Shown here piece after piece: positions 36,335-49,639 of a stretch of 64,000 bases of DNA. This DNA comes from Dendrobates tinctorius (lineage: Eukaryota): the NCBI RefSeq assembly GCF_039654945.1, contig NW_027361788.1:9982001-10046000 (forward strand), read 5' to 3'. The translations under genes were made by a program, and so were the position numbers. Positions within the stretch are counted from its first letter, which is position 1. Each line of letters starts with the position of its first letter. The notes below the pieces were generated by a model. The model had not been told where the DNA came from. It did no database searches and saw only the letters and a program-made list of their open reading frames with translations.

Positions 36335-39272
36335 AGAGAATGTGTCACTATTATCCTTATTAGAATGGAGCAGCAGTGCATATCGGGGCCCCAGCAATCA
36401 CCAGAATGGGTCACTGTTATCCTTATTAGAATGGAGCAGCAGTGCATATCGGGGCCCCAGCAATCACCAGAATGGGTCACTATTATCCTTAGAATGGAGC
36501 AGCAGTGCATATGGGGGTCCCAGAGATCAGTAGAGGATTACTATTATCTTTATTAGACTGGAACAGCCATACATATGGGGGTCTCAGCAATCAGTGGAAT
36601 GGGTCACTTATTATTAGAATGGAGCAGCCATTAATATAGGGGTCCCAGCGATCAGCAGAGGGTTACTATCGTCCCATTAGGATAATGTGCAGTGCATATG
36701 GGGGTCTCAGCAATCAGAAGAGGGTTACTATTATCCGAATAAACAATGTGCAGTGCATATGGGGGTCCCAGAGATCAATAGAGGATTACTATTATCCTAT
36801 TACAACAATGTGCAGTGCATGTAGGGGTCTCAACGATCAGCAGAGGGTCACTATTATCCCATTACAACAATGTGCAGTGCATATGAGGGTCCCGGAGATC
36901 AACAGAGGATTACTATTATCCTAATACAACAATGTACAGTGCATGTGGGAGTCCCAGAGATCAACAGAGGATTACTATTATCCTAATACAACAATGTACA
37001 GTGCATGTGGGAGTCCCAGAGATCAACAGAGGATTACTATTATCCTATTACAACAATGTACAGTGCATATGGGGGTCTCAGCGATCAACAGAGGGTCACT
37101 ATTATCCCATTACAACAATGTGCAGTGCATATGGGGTCCCAGAGATCAAGAGGATTACTATTATCCTATTACAACAATGTGCAGTGCATATGGGGGTCCC
37201 AGAGATCAACAGAGGATTACTATTATCCTAATACAACAATGTACAGTGCATGTGGGGGTCCCGGAGATCAACAGAGGATTACTATTATCCTAATACAACA
37301 ATGTACAGTGCATGTGGGAGTCCCAGAGATCAACAGAGGATTACTATTATCCTAATACAACAATGTACAGTGCATGTGGGAGTCCCAGAGATCAACAGAG
37401 GATTACTATTATCCTATTACAACAATGTGCAGTGCATATGGGGGTCTCAGCGATCAACAGAGGGTCACTATTATCCCATTACAACAATGTGCAGTGCATA
37501 TGGGGGTCCCAGAGATCAAGAGGATTACTATTATCCTATTACAACAATGTGCAGTGCATATGGGGGTCCCAGAGATCAACAGAGGATTACTATTATCCTA
37601 ATACAACAATGTACAGTGCATGTGGGAGTCCCAGAGATCAACAGAGGATTACTATTATCCTATTACAACAATGTCCAGTGCATATGGGGGTCTCAGCGAT
37701 CAACAGAGGGTCACTATTATCCCATTACAACAATGTGCAGTGCATATGGGGGTCCCAGAGATCAAGAGGATTACTATTATCCTATTACAACAATGTGCAG
37801 TGCATATGGGGGTCCCAGAAATCAACAGAGGATTACTATTATCCTAATACAACAATGTACAGTGCATATGGGGGTCCCGGAGATCAACAGAGGATTACTA
37901 TTATCCTATTACAACAATGTACAGTGCATGTGGGAGTCCCAGAGATCAACAGAGGATTACTATTATCCTATTACAACAATGTACAGTGCATATGGGGGTC
38001 TCAGCGATCAACAGAGGGTCACTATTATCCCATTACAACAATGTGCAGTGCATATGGGGTCCCAGAGATCAAGAGGATTACTATTATCCTATTACAACAA
38101 TGTGCAGTGCATATGGGGGTCCCAGAGATCAACAGAGGATTACTATTATCCTAATACAACAATGTACAGTGCATGTGGGGGTCCCGGAGATCAACAGAGG
38201 ATTACTATTATCCTAATACAACAATGTACAGTGCATGTGGGAGTCCCAGAGATCAACAGAGGATTACTATTATCCTAATACAACAATGTACAGTGCATGT
38301 GGGAGTCCCAGAGATCAACAGAGGATTACTATTATCCTATTACAACAATGTGCAGTGCATATGGGGGTCTCAGCGATCAACAGAGGGTCACTATTATCCC
38401 ATTACAACAATGTGCAGTGCATATGGGGGTCCCAGAGATCAAGAGGATTACTATTATCCTATTACAACAATGTGCAGTGCATATGGGGGTCCCAGAGATC
38501 AACAGAGGATTACTATTATCCTAATACAACAATGTACAGTGCATGTGGGAGTCCCAGAGATCAACAGAGGATTACTATTATCCTATTACAACAATGTCCA
38601 GTGCATATGGGGGTCTCAGCGATCAACAGAGGGTCACTATTATCCCATTACAACAATGTGCAGTGCATATGGGGGTCCCAGAGATCAAGAGGATTACTAT
38701 TATCCTATTACAACAATGTGCAGTGCATATGGGGGTCCCAGAAATCAACAGAGGATTACTATTATCCTAATACAACAATGTACAGTGCATATGGGGGTCC
38801 CGGAGATCAACAGAGGATTACTATTATCCTAATACAACAATGTACAGTGCATGTGGGAGTCCCAGAGATCAACAGAGGATTACTATTATCCTATTACAAC
38901 AATGTGCAGTGCATATGGGGGTCTCAGCGATCAACAGAGGGTTACTATTATCCTATTACAACAATGTGCAGTGCATATGGGGGTCCCAGAGATCAAGAGG
39001 ATTACTATTATCCTATTACAACAATGTGCAGTGCATATGGGGGTCCCAGAGATCAATAGAGGATTACTATTATCCTATTACAACAATGTGCAGTGCATAT
39101 GGGGGTCCCAGAGATCAATAGAGGATTACTATTATCCTATTACAACAATGTGCAGTGCATGTGGGGGTCTCAAGGATCAGCAGAAGGTCACTATTATCCC
39201 ATTAGAACAATGTGCAGTGCATATGGGGGGCCTCAGCGATCAGGAGAAAAGGGCAACATTACCCTATTAGAA
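36335..39272. repeat. ~62-bp tandem minisatellite with higher-order structure in PPP6C intron 1
   Basis: Unit cagagatcaacagaggattactattatcctattacaacaatgtgcagtgcatatgggggtcc; roughly 47 units with divergent edges. Confidence 0.96.
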
Positions 39273-39697
39273 TGCTACGAAGTGCGTATACTTGACTGCT
39301 ACTCGATTTATTCTCTATGGCATGGGTATAGAAGTTCTCCAATCTGCCCATCGGTGCGGGTCTCTGGAGTCAGACAACCACTGAATAGCAAGCTATCGCC
39401 TATACTGCAGATATGGGATAGACTGTTTCAATGGCAATCGACCATTAGGTCAGCGTTTCTATTTTAACACCACAAAGTAACTTATAGGCCTTTATGTCAC
39501 CATTTGTATTCAAACTATTATACCTCCATGGTAGTGGGCTACAAAGCAGCTCCGGACTTATTTTGCAGTTACTGTCTGCACCATCCAACATCCTCTTCTT
39601 ACTAAAACATAATAAATGGCACACACCCATCTGTCATCCCCCACCCCCCCCCCCCCGATATCCCGCCGGCAGAGACCCCTGCCAGTTTCCTCTCTTA

Positions 39698-40191
39698 AGC
39701 CCCCATCACACACAGCGATCTCGCTAGCGAGATCGCTGCTGAGTCACAAGTTTTGTGACGCAACAGAGATCGCTGTGTGTGACACCTATCAGCGACCGGC
39801 CCCCCTGCCGGGTATCGCTGATCGTTTATGAAAGGTCAGGATTTTTTGGGGGTCGTTGGTCTCCCGCTGGCCAGCACGCATCGCTGCCTGTGGCAGGCGG
39901 GAGAGCAACGACCAGCGATCAGTTAGCTGGTAACCAAGGTAAACGTCGGGTTTCTAAGCGTCGCGCGGTGCTTACAAACCCGATGTTTACCTTGGTTACC
40001 AGCTTCCTGCATCAGCGCTCTGGTAACTAACGTACACATCGACGCGCCCGCTCGGCATCGCTGGTGCTGATCGCTGGTGAAGCTGCCTGTTTGGCAGCTC
40101 ACCAGCGATCATGTAGCGACACACCAGCGATCATGACAAGTTCATATCGTTGTCGGGATCGCTGGTCAGTCGCTATGTCTGACGGGGCCCT
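39698..40191. mobile_element. Harbinger-type MITE (gatcgct family)
   Basis: agcccccatcacacacagcga ... tcgctatgtctgacggggcc. Confidence 0.7.
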
Positions 40192-40471
40192 TTCCCTACG
40201 TTCATCAGTTCATCTCAGGTCAGCCATTGAGGCTGCGCGGAGTCCCCTGGCTGACCGTAGGTGAACTGATGAGCGTGGGAAAAAAATGCAGAAACTTTCC
40301 CACGCTCATTAGTTCATATCCGGTCAGCCAGGGAGGCTGCGCAGAGATGAACTAATTCATTCCGGCAGTGGTTTAAAGTGGGCTGGTTGCATTAGCACCG
40401 ATCCCGTTCTAAAACACTTAAGCCCTTGTGACTGGGGGACCTGACTGACCATCGAAGAGGTAAATATATTG

Positions 40472-40502
<31 letters not shown>

Positions 40503-40680
40503 CAGGTTGATGGTTTATTTATGGATTAGCGGAGGAATAAATCTTATCAAAAACTTGGTGTCTTTATTTCCTTAAAAGAATTTTTAATGTCTGTGTGTGC
40601 TTTTTTTAACCTTTTATTAGTCTAGGGTTAATAATGGATCGGTGTCTAATTGACACCTTTCCATTATTAATCTGGCTTAA

Positions 40681-40828
40681 AGGGAATCTGTCACCCCTTT
40701 TTTGAGATATCATATAATGATATCATTCAATTGTGTGTCACATAAGGATTCTCTTAGTACTTTTGCTTCCCCCTGACCCTACACCTTTGATGCATAAATA
40801 CCGTGTTTATATTGGTTCAGATGTATGT
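40681..40828. mobile_element. Single-arm fragment of the palindromic MITE at 58172
   Basis: Near-identical to 58172-58320 and preceded by TTAA. Confidence 0.85.
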
Positions 40829-41169
40829 ATATCTCTATTCTTTCTATTGTGTTTTAACCTGTCATTGGACTCCATTATTTGTCCATTTTGCAAGCCGCCG
40901 ACAAAATCTCGGCAGACGGATATCAGATGGATGTCAAACGGACGCTCAGATGCGAGAAATTCGCATCCTCGCATGAAAATCGGATGACAGACAGATCACT
41001 GTTCATGAAACATTTGTGCGATTGTGGTCCCTCAAAATCGGACCAATTTTTTTAACGTTGTGTGTGAATCCAGCCTTAATAGAGTTGTCCAGTATTAGAA
41101 AACAGCACTAAAACTATCACCAAGCAATGGCTGATATTACAGCCAAGAACTAGCGGATAACATTCACCA

Positions 41170-41535
41170 TTTAAATCAATATTTTTTTAATATGTTAATG
41201 AGCTGTTAAGATCTATGGGTGGGACATAGATCTCCCTGAGAATCTGCCTACTTTTAAATGAAAAGTGGTGTTAACCGTGTGAGTCATGTAGCTCAGGAGA
41301 GCAGACTGTCAGTTATTACATGTCTCACACTGGTAACACCACATCTTTTACAATAATCCCTGGAAGCAGAATTTTAGGGAGATCTATGTCCGGCCTATAG
41401 ATCTTAACATCTCATTTACATATTAAGAAAAATTAGGATTTCTCTGGAATAAAACATAGGATCGCAGATACCAATATGTCATTTTTTTCAGCTTCCTATG
41501 ATTTCCATGATTATATAAATGGCATAGGAGGGTTG
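41170..41535. mobile_element. Palindromic TTAA-type MITE, left end lost
   Basis: gttaagatctatgggtgggacatagatctccct mirrors agggagatctatgtccggcctatagatcttaac; ends cagatgccct|ttaa. Confidence 0.6.
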
Positions 41536-41587
41536 ATTTTACCAACAGATGCCCTTTAAGACAAGCCAATAATTTTATTAACTTAAC

Positions 41588-41916
41588 CAGCAGCGATCAG
41601 GGGCGCAGAGCAGCAGCAGAGATCAGGGGCGCAGAGCAGCAGCAGAGATCAGGGGCGCAGAGCAGCAGCAGAGATCAGGGGCGCAGAGCAGCAGCAGAGA
41701 TCAGGAGCGCAGAGCAACAGCAGAGATCAGGAGCGCAGAGCAACAGCAGAGATCAGGGGCGCAGAGCAACAGCAGAGATCAGGGGCGCAGAGCAACAGCA
41801 GAGATCAGGGGGGCGCAGAGCCGCAGCAGAGATCAGGGGCGCAGAGCAACAGCAGAGATCAGGGGCGCAGAGCAACAGCAGAGATCAGGGGGGCGCAGAG
41901 CCGCAGCAGAGATCAG
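41588..41916. repeat. 26-bp minisatellite (cagcagcagagatcaggggcgcagag), about 12 copies
   Basis: Visible tandem array about 150 bp into PPP6C intron 1. Confidence 0.93.
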
Positions 41917-42070
41917 AAGGAGAGACACACTGGAGCTCTATTCGGTGAAAGCAGAAACCTGGAGCAAATGGCGAGAAGACTGTAATCTCTAGTCAACATC
42001 TATAACCCAGCACAGGAGGCCTCTCCGCCATGTCTGCACCACACACATTGCTCCCTCCACCACGCCTCAC

Positions 42071-42145
42071 CTTCAGGTCATTCTCAGGTAAGTACTTGCA
42101 CTGCCGGGCGATTTCCACGTACTTATCCAGATCCAGGGGCGCCAT
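42071..42145 (-). CDS. ppp6c: PPP6C coding exon 1 (75 nt)
   Basis: Encodes [25 protein letters not shown]. Start context aaaATGg; GTGAGG donor. Confidence 0.97.
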
Positions 42146-42530
42146 TTTGGATAAGGTTGTAACTGTCAGGGCGGGAGGCAGAGGCAACCAAGAGAACGTC
42201 ACTTCCGGCCCCGAACCCCTTGCTCACTCACTTCCCTGTGTGAAAAGAGGACGGAAATGATAACTTTTTTTTTTTTTGCTTTCTTCAACAAACTTTATTG
42301 AATGTCCTCCGAGCAGACACTAGCTCCGCGGTAATATCCCGAATAGTTCTTGTCCGGTTCTACAATGGCCCCCTGCAGGGTGTTGTTACACGGGAGGGGG
42401 CGGAGGTGAAGGAATGTGGCGGGGCTCATAGTTGGTTTTGGTGGCTTATTTCGGGAAGGGACGCGGTTTCCATGGTGATGGGGCCTCACGGTGAGAAGGG
42501 CCTGGTGTGTGGAGGGCCTGGAGGTAGGTG
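42139..42530. promoter_or_regulatory. Candidate bidirectional ppp6c/rabepk promoter and rabepk non-coding first exon
   Basis: YY1-like gcgccatttt (42139), ETS-CRE acgtcacttccgg (42196-42208), ETS-like cggaaat (42252), GC box (42392-42406), X-box-like gtttccatggtgat (42466-42479). + strand donor candidates at 42491 and 42524. Confidence 0.65.
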
Positions 42531-43839
42531 GCCGCCTGGGTAGGGGCAGGAACGAGTGGAAAAAACAACATATATCACGCTTCATCAATGGCCTTTTTTT
42601 TTTTTTTAGTTTTTTTCTGGTTCTTTATTCACACACTTATTTTTTCAGACGTAAAACACATAAAAACACAACCTGCGGCTCAGGATGATTACGTCAATAC
42701 TGTATTTATTATAGATTTGTTATGTTTTACAAATGTTATTTGTTTTTTGGGGGTTTGGGGATTAGTAATCTTTATCGGTTCCATTTTGGGGTATGTGTGA
42801 AGGTTTTATCCTTTTTTTTTCTCTAAAAGGCTCTCTATGTGATGGATAAATAATGTTTATATTCTTTTGAATTTTTATGGGCTCTCTGATATCCTATGTG
42901 ATTATCCAGCCAATTTTTTAAATTCATTTTTACCCTTTTTTTTTTAAATTTTTTTTTTTTTTTTTTACTTGATAGGCTCGCCCACCATCCAGAAATTTCC
43001 AGACACTCTGTAAAAATCTGACACATTTTTACCCTGAAAAATAACATTGCTGCATCTGTGAATTTTTTCTTTTGAAGCTGTGAAAACTTGTACAGATTAT
43101 TATCACCGTAATTATCATCAGTTTACATTTTATGTATTATGTATTTTTACAATTACATTTTCATTTTCACCTTATTCTTTTTTTAAAAATTTGTACTTTT
43201 TTAAAGTCTGTTTTATGCGATCACTTGTTTTCTTTTTTTTTTTTGCTGATCATTTTAGATAAATTTGGGATCTGATCATCAATGGAGGGGCGGCGGTAGC
43301 GTAGGTTTATAAATGTCTTTCTAAAATGGGTTAAGTGTTCATCCCTGTCTATAACCTGGCAACTACATGTTTAGTTTATTCTGCCTCTATTAGGGATGAT
43401 GGCAATTGTTTCCTAATGTATTTACAGATGAAGATCTATGGTAACCTTTTTGGGATCCTTGTGTCGATATACAATTATCATTGAGGTCATCTCACTTATT
43501 GTGACTACTTATACCCTATTTATATATTTTTTATATGGTTATTCTACTTTTGGATTATCTGCAAGGATTTCATAGTTTTTCTCCCCCCTGATTTAATATT
43601 ATCTGTAGCGTTACTACCGGGGGCCCCTGCATGGTGTCTCCTTCCCCCTCCATGCACGGACGCTGGCTTACTCAGCGCCCCGGACCTGCGACGTTGTCTC
43701 CCAGCATGTCCTTCCTGTTTCTTGGTATATGCGCCGCAATACCCAGCATCGCACCGAGTACACACGCTCCCCTGTTCTTAAAAGGGCAGCGTGCGCATTT
43801 ATATACTATAAGCTGAGAAGCATTTACTATATTGTAGTG

Positions 43840-44642
43840 TGTTATGATTGAGTCACCGTAGGAGGCAAAAACAGAAATGCTAGCTAAGTCCATAAAACCA
43901 GAGAAGTTGGCAGGTATCGGATTGCAGACCCCTGAACCTATCAACACAACTAGCAGTAGCCGTGGGGGGTTCCTACGATGCCCTAGACCCCTCGATCACA
44001 GCCGGAGAATTAAATAGGCCTAAAGAAAGAAAGGGGAAATCTAAACTGCCCCAGAGCAGACCCCAAAGCAATAGGCAGCCCCCAACATATAATGACGGTG
44101 AAGCAAGATGAAAACACAAACACAGACAGAAAGATAGTCTGAGCAAAGACGGGGCCAGGCTAACTAGATAGGAAAGGACAGGAAGGCTGCTGTCTGCAAT
44201 CCGTGAAAAACCCTATGAAAATAAGAGCCAACAGACTGACAGTGAAAAAGGCCCTGAAGACGCTAGGCTTCAAAAAAGCTATGTCTGTACTCAGGAATAT
44301 TCTGAAGACAGAGCAACCGACAAAAGCAGATTCAGCTCACCCCAGCAGGGAATGGCAGAATCCAGAAAAGCAAGGAAAACAAAAACAAAACACAAATGCT
44401 AACAGGCAACGCAGAAAACTTAGCTTTAGAGGAGCAGGAATCAGACTGGTGTCCTAGAAGTCCACAGAGAAATCACCCGCAGGGCAGAAGGGCGTCGGCA
44501 GCCTTATATCCAGTCCGTGACTCCACTCAGCCAGTCATCCTCATTAGGCTCAGGTGCCTGATAATCAGGCTCATTACCTTCCTTTACCAGAATAGGGAGT
44601 TCACCAGACCTCAGTGACGAAGGGGAGAATGAACTCACAACA
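43840..44642 (-). repeat. 3' LTR (803 bp)
   Basis: Direct repeat of 48836-49639; about 15 substitutions and 1 indel by eye. Confidence 0.96.
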
Positions 44643-47600
44643 GTACCTCCCCCTTGAGGAGGGGTCACCGAACCCTCAACCACGCCACCAGGGCGATCAG
44701 GGTGAGCCCGATGAAAGGCACGCACCAATCTTTTGGCATGAATATCAGAGGCAGAGACCCAGGAATTATCCTCCTGACCATAACCCTTCCACTTAACCAA
44801 ATACTGGAGTCTCCGTCTAGCCAGACGGGAATCCAGTATTTTCTCTACCTCATATTCCATGTTACCTTCAACCAATACGGGGTCTGGAGGTGCCACCCCA
44901 GGAACAACTGGTTCAACAAACCTCTTCAACAAGGACTTATGGAACACATTATGGATTTTAAATGTGACAGGAAGAGCCAAACGAAAAGAGACCGGATTAA
45001 TAATCTCCAAAATCTTGTAAGGTCCAATAAATCTAGGCTTAAACTTAGGAGAAGCCACCTTCATAGCAATATTTTTTGATGATAACCACACCATATCACC
45101 AATCTTAAACTGGGGACCAATGGTCCAATGTCGATTGGAAAACCGCTGGGCCTTTTCCTGGGAGAGAGATAACTTATCCACCACTTGGTCCCAGATCTGG
45201 TGCATTCTCTCCACCACAGTGTCAACACCTGGGCAGGCAGAAGGCTCCGCCTGCCCTGAAGAAAATCGAGGATGAAACCCAAAGTTACAAAAAAAAGGTG
45301 ACATCAAAGTGGCAGAACTAGCTCTATTATTTAAAGCAAATTCGGCCAAGGGCAAAAATGAAACCCCATCATCCTGATCAGCGGAAATAAAACATCTCAA
45401 ATACGACTCCAAGGTCTGGTTTGTTCTCTCTGTCTGCCCACTGGTCTGAGGGTGAAAAGCAGAGGAGAAGGACAACTGAATTCCCAGCTTGTAACAGAAA
45501 GTCCTCCAAAATCTAGACACAAACTGAACTCCTCTGTCAGATACAATGTTCTCAGGAATCCCGTGTAAGCGAACCACCTGTTGCAAAAACAGGGGCACCA
45601 ACTCAGAGGAAGATGGCAACTTAGGGAGTGGTACAAGATGAACCATCTTAGAGAACCTATCACAAATCACCCAAATAACAGTCATTCTTTGAGAGACCGG
45701 CATATCAGAGATGAAATCCATTGAAATATGGGTCCATGGCCTCCTGGGGACAGGCAAAGGCATCAACAACCCACTAGAGCGAGAACAAGATTTAGACCGG
45801 GAGCAAGTCCCACAGGACTGCACAAAATTCCTGACATCATGAGACAAGGTGGGCCACCAAAAAGAGCGACTCACCAGATCTCTAGTACCAAAAATACCTG
45901 GATGACCAGCCAATGCAGAGCAATGAACTTCAGACATCACTCTCTTCTTCCACTGGTCAGGAACATACAACTTTCCACTGGGACAACGCTCAGGTTTGTC
46001 CTCCTGGAACTCTTGCAGAGCAAGTCTCAAATCGGGCGAGATGGCAGAAAGAACTACCCCTTCGCCTAAGATGGTAGCAGGCTTGGTCACCACAGGAGAA
46101 TCAGCAAAGAAACTCCTAGAGAGGGCGTCTGCCTTGACATTCTTAGTTCCAGGAAGAAAAGAGACCATAAAATCAAAACGTGTAAAAAACAAGGCCCACC
46201 TAGCCTGTCTAGGGTTCAAGCGTTTAGCCGACTCTAGGTAAATCAAATTCTTGTGGTCAGTGAGGACCACAACCTGATGTTTAGCTCCCTCCAACCAATG
46301 TCTCCACTCCTCAAATGCCCATTTCATGGCCAACAGTTCCCGATTCCCCACATCATAGTTACGTTCAGATGGAGAGAACTTTCGGGAAAAGAAAGCACAG
46401 GGATTCATTTTAGATGTTGCAGGATCCTTTTGGGACAAAACAGCTCCTGCACCAATCTCAGAAGCATCCACCTCTACCTGGAACGGGAGTGAGACATCAG
46501 GTTGCCGCAAAACCGGGGCGGAGGTAAATCTTCGCTTCAGCTCCTGAAAGGAAGCAACAGCCTCCGGAGACCAATTCAACACATCAGCACCCTTCTTAGT
46601 CAGATCAGTCAATGGCTTGGCAATACTAGGAAATTTTGCTATAAATTTCCGATAAAAATTAGCAAAACCCAAAAACTTCTGGAGGGCCTTCAAAGAAGTG
46701 GGCTGAACCCAATCATAAATGGCCTGTACCTTGGCCGGGTCCATTTCAATAGTTGACGGAGACAAAATAAATCCCAAAAATGAAATCCTCTGTACTCCAA
46801 AAAGGCATTTCGATCCTTTGACATACAGGGAATTCTCCCTCAAGATCCGGAACACAGTCCGAATATGTTCCACATGAGAATCCCAATCCTTGGAGAAGAT
46901 CAAAATATCATCCAGATAGATAATCAAAAATTTATGGACAAAGTCTCGGAAAATATCGTTCATGAAGCCCTGGAAGACAGAAGGGGCATTAGTGAGCCCA
47001 AAAGGCATCACCAGGTACTCAAAATGTCCCTCCGGAGTATTAAACGCCGTCTTTCATTCATCCCCATGCTTAATGCGGATAAGATTATACGCCCCCCTGA
47101 GATCAAGCTTGGTAAACCAGCAAGCACCTCTAACTCTAGAGAATAGATCCGAAATCAGGGGTAACGGATACTGATATTTAATAGTAATTTTATTGAGGGC
47201 ACGATAATCAATACAAGGCCTTAAAGAACCATCCTTTTTGGCCACAAAAAAAAAAAACGGCACCTAAGGGTGAAGAGGATGGTCTAATATGACCCTTCTC
47301 CAACGCCTCCTTAATATAGGATCGCATAGCCTCGTGCTCGGGTACAGATAAATTGAAGAGCCGACCCTTGGGAAATTTACACCCCGGGCTCAGTTCAATT
47401 GCACAGTCATAACTCCTATGAGGAGGCAAGGACGCAGACTCATTCTCACTAAATACATCATAAAAGTCCGCCAAATAGTCAGGAACATCATGCGACTGAG
47501 GAGAGGTGGAAAAAACCGGAGCCTCACTACAGGCACACCGACAACCCCAACTCACCACAGACACAGATTTCCAATCCAAAACTGGATTATGAATTTGCAA

Positions 47601-48698
47601 CCAGGGAAACCCCAGAACAACGGCATCATGCAGACCATGCAACACCAAAAATCTGCAATTTTCTTGATGGTGTGGGGCGACCCGCATGACCACCTGGGTC
47701 CAAAACTGAGGTTTATTTTTAGCCAAAGGAGTAGCATCAATCCCCCTCAAAGGGATAGGCGTCTGCAGAGGTGTCATAGGAAATCCACAACGTTTAGCAA
47801 AATCCAAGTCCATTAGGTTTAGCGCTGCTCCCGAATCCACAAAAGCCTTGGCGGAAAATGTGGACAGGGAGCAGATCAGAGTAATTGCCAGAAGAAACTT
47901 AGGTTGAACACCACCAACAGAAAACGTGTGTGCAAAGCGTTTCTCTCATTTAGGACAAACAGAAATAATATGCGAGGCATCTCCACAGAAAAAACACAGC
48001 TTATTACGCCTTCTGAACTCCTGACGTTGCACCTTAGACAAAACTCTATCACATTGCATAGGTTCAGACGTCTGTTCAACCGGTGGCAACACCTCTCGTG
48101 CAATCCTGCGTTCACGTAAACGCCGATCAACCTGAATGGCTAATGACATAGAATCGTCCAGACCAGAGGGAACAGGAAATCCCACCATAGTATCTTTTAC
48201 GGCTGCTGACAAACCCTTCCGAAAGAGAGCAGCCAAGGCACTATCATTCCAGGTAGTAAGGACCGCCCACTTTCGGAACTTTTGACAGTACAACTCTGCA
48301 GAATCTCGACCCTGGTTCAATGTCAACAGGGTCTTTTCAGCCTGATCAATAGCATTAGGTTCGTCATACAACAACCCCAAAGCTTGAAAGAATGCGTTCA
48401 CATTAGTCAGAATAGGATCATCTGGTTTCAAAGAAAACGCCCAATCCTGGGGATCGCCACGCAGCAAAGAGATGACAATTTTATCCTGCTGCGCGGAGCT
48501 CCCTGACGAGTTAGGCTTCAAGGCAAAAAATAATTTACAATTATTTTTGAAACTCAAAAATTTAGATCGATCCCCAAAAAATACCTCAGGTGTAGGGATC
48601 TTTGGTTCAACAGCATGCGAACGAGCAAGGTAGGCGGAAATTCCCTGCACTTCCGCAGCGAGCTGCTCCACACGATCAGACAATTGCTTTATCTCCAT
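44504..48698 (-). pseudogene. Chromovirus gag-pol polyprotein with few lesions
   Basis: Gag with CFFCGDASHIISVC knuckle; protease DSGA; RT YLDD; RNase H DAS; integrase SMDF/SDRG; chromodomain YEVEKILDSR..YLVKWKGY..NSW. TGA at 47946 and 47054; frameshift in the A-run at about 47250. Confidence 0.93.
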
Positions 48699-48835
48699 TG
48701 AGAGAAAAAAAAAATTCCCCCTACGGCCTCAGAGATATAGAGGAAAGAATATACACACACTTTTTTCTTTTTTTTTTAAACACAATTCTTTCCTGCTATT
48801 GAGTACCCTAGGATCTGCGGTATGGCGGGTGATTC

Positions 48836-49639
48836 TGTTATGATTGAGTCACCGTAGGAGGCAAAAACAGAAATGCTAGCTAAGTCCAGAAAACCAGAGA
48901 GGTTGGCAGCTATCGGATTGCAGACCCCTGAACCTATCAACACAACTAGCAGTAGCCGTGGGGGGTTCCTATGATGCCCTAGACCCCTCGATCACAGCCG
49001 GAGAATTAAATAGGCCTAAAGAAAGAAAGGGGAAATCTAAACTGCCCCAGAGCAGACCCCAAAGCAATAGGCAGCCCCCAACATATAATGACGGTGAAGC
49101 AAGATGAAAACACAAACACAGACAGAAAGATAGACTGAGCAAAGACGGGGCCAGGCTAACTAGATAGGAAAGGACAGGAAGGCTGCTGTCTGCAATCCGT
49201 GAAAAACCCTATTAAAATAAGAGCCAACAGACTGACAGTGAAAAAGGCCCTGAAGACGCTAGGCTTCAAAAAAGCTATGTCAGTATTAAGGAATATTCTG
49301 AAGACAGAGCAACCGACAAAAGGAGATTCAGCTCACCCCCAACAGGGAATGGCAGAATCCAGAAAAGCAAGGAAAACAAAAACAAAACACAAATGCTAAC
49401 AGGCAACGCAGAAAACTTAGCTTTAGAGGAGCAGGAATCAGACTGGTCTCCTAGAAGTCCACAGAGAAATCACCCGCAGGGCAGAAGGGCGTCGGCAGCC
49501 CTATATCCAGTCCGTGACTCCACTCAGCCAGTCATCCTCATCAGGCTCAGGTGCCTGATAATCAGGCTCATTACCTTCCTTTACCAGCATAGGGAGTTCA
49601 CCAGACCTCAGTGACGAAGGGGAGAATGAACTCACAACA
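48836..49639 (-). repeat. 5' LTR (804 bp)
   Basis: Direct repeat of 43840-44642; TATA-like element on the - strand at about 49502-49507. Confidence 0.96.

Larger units (their letters stand above)
43840..49639 (-). mobile_element. Full-length Ty3/Gypsy chromovirus (Tf1/sushi group)
   Basis: TG..CA LTRs at 43840-44642 and 48836-49639. PPT adjoins 44643. Direct repeat GTAGTG on both flanks. Domain order gag-PR-RT-RH-IN-chromodomain. Confidence 0.97.

Noticed and set aside
36335-39272. CRISPR-like array or repetitive protein gene
   Set aside because: Units are contiguous with no unique spacers and no cas genes; it is a eukaryotic intronic satellite and the ORFs are artefacts.
40261-40320. CTGATGA...GAAAC hammerhead candidate
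   Set aside because: CTGATGA is itself paired in a simple hairpin and GAAA lies in the loop, so the topology is wrong.
44504-48698. Domesticated sushi-derived gene (PEG10/RTL1-like)
   Set aside because: Paired LTRs, a TSD and disabling lesions show it is an ordinary retrotransposon copy.
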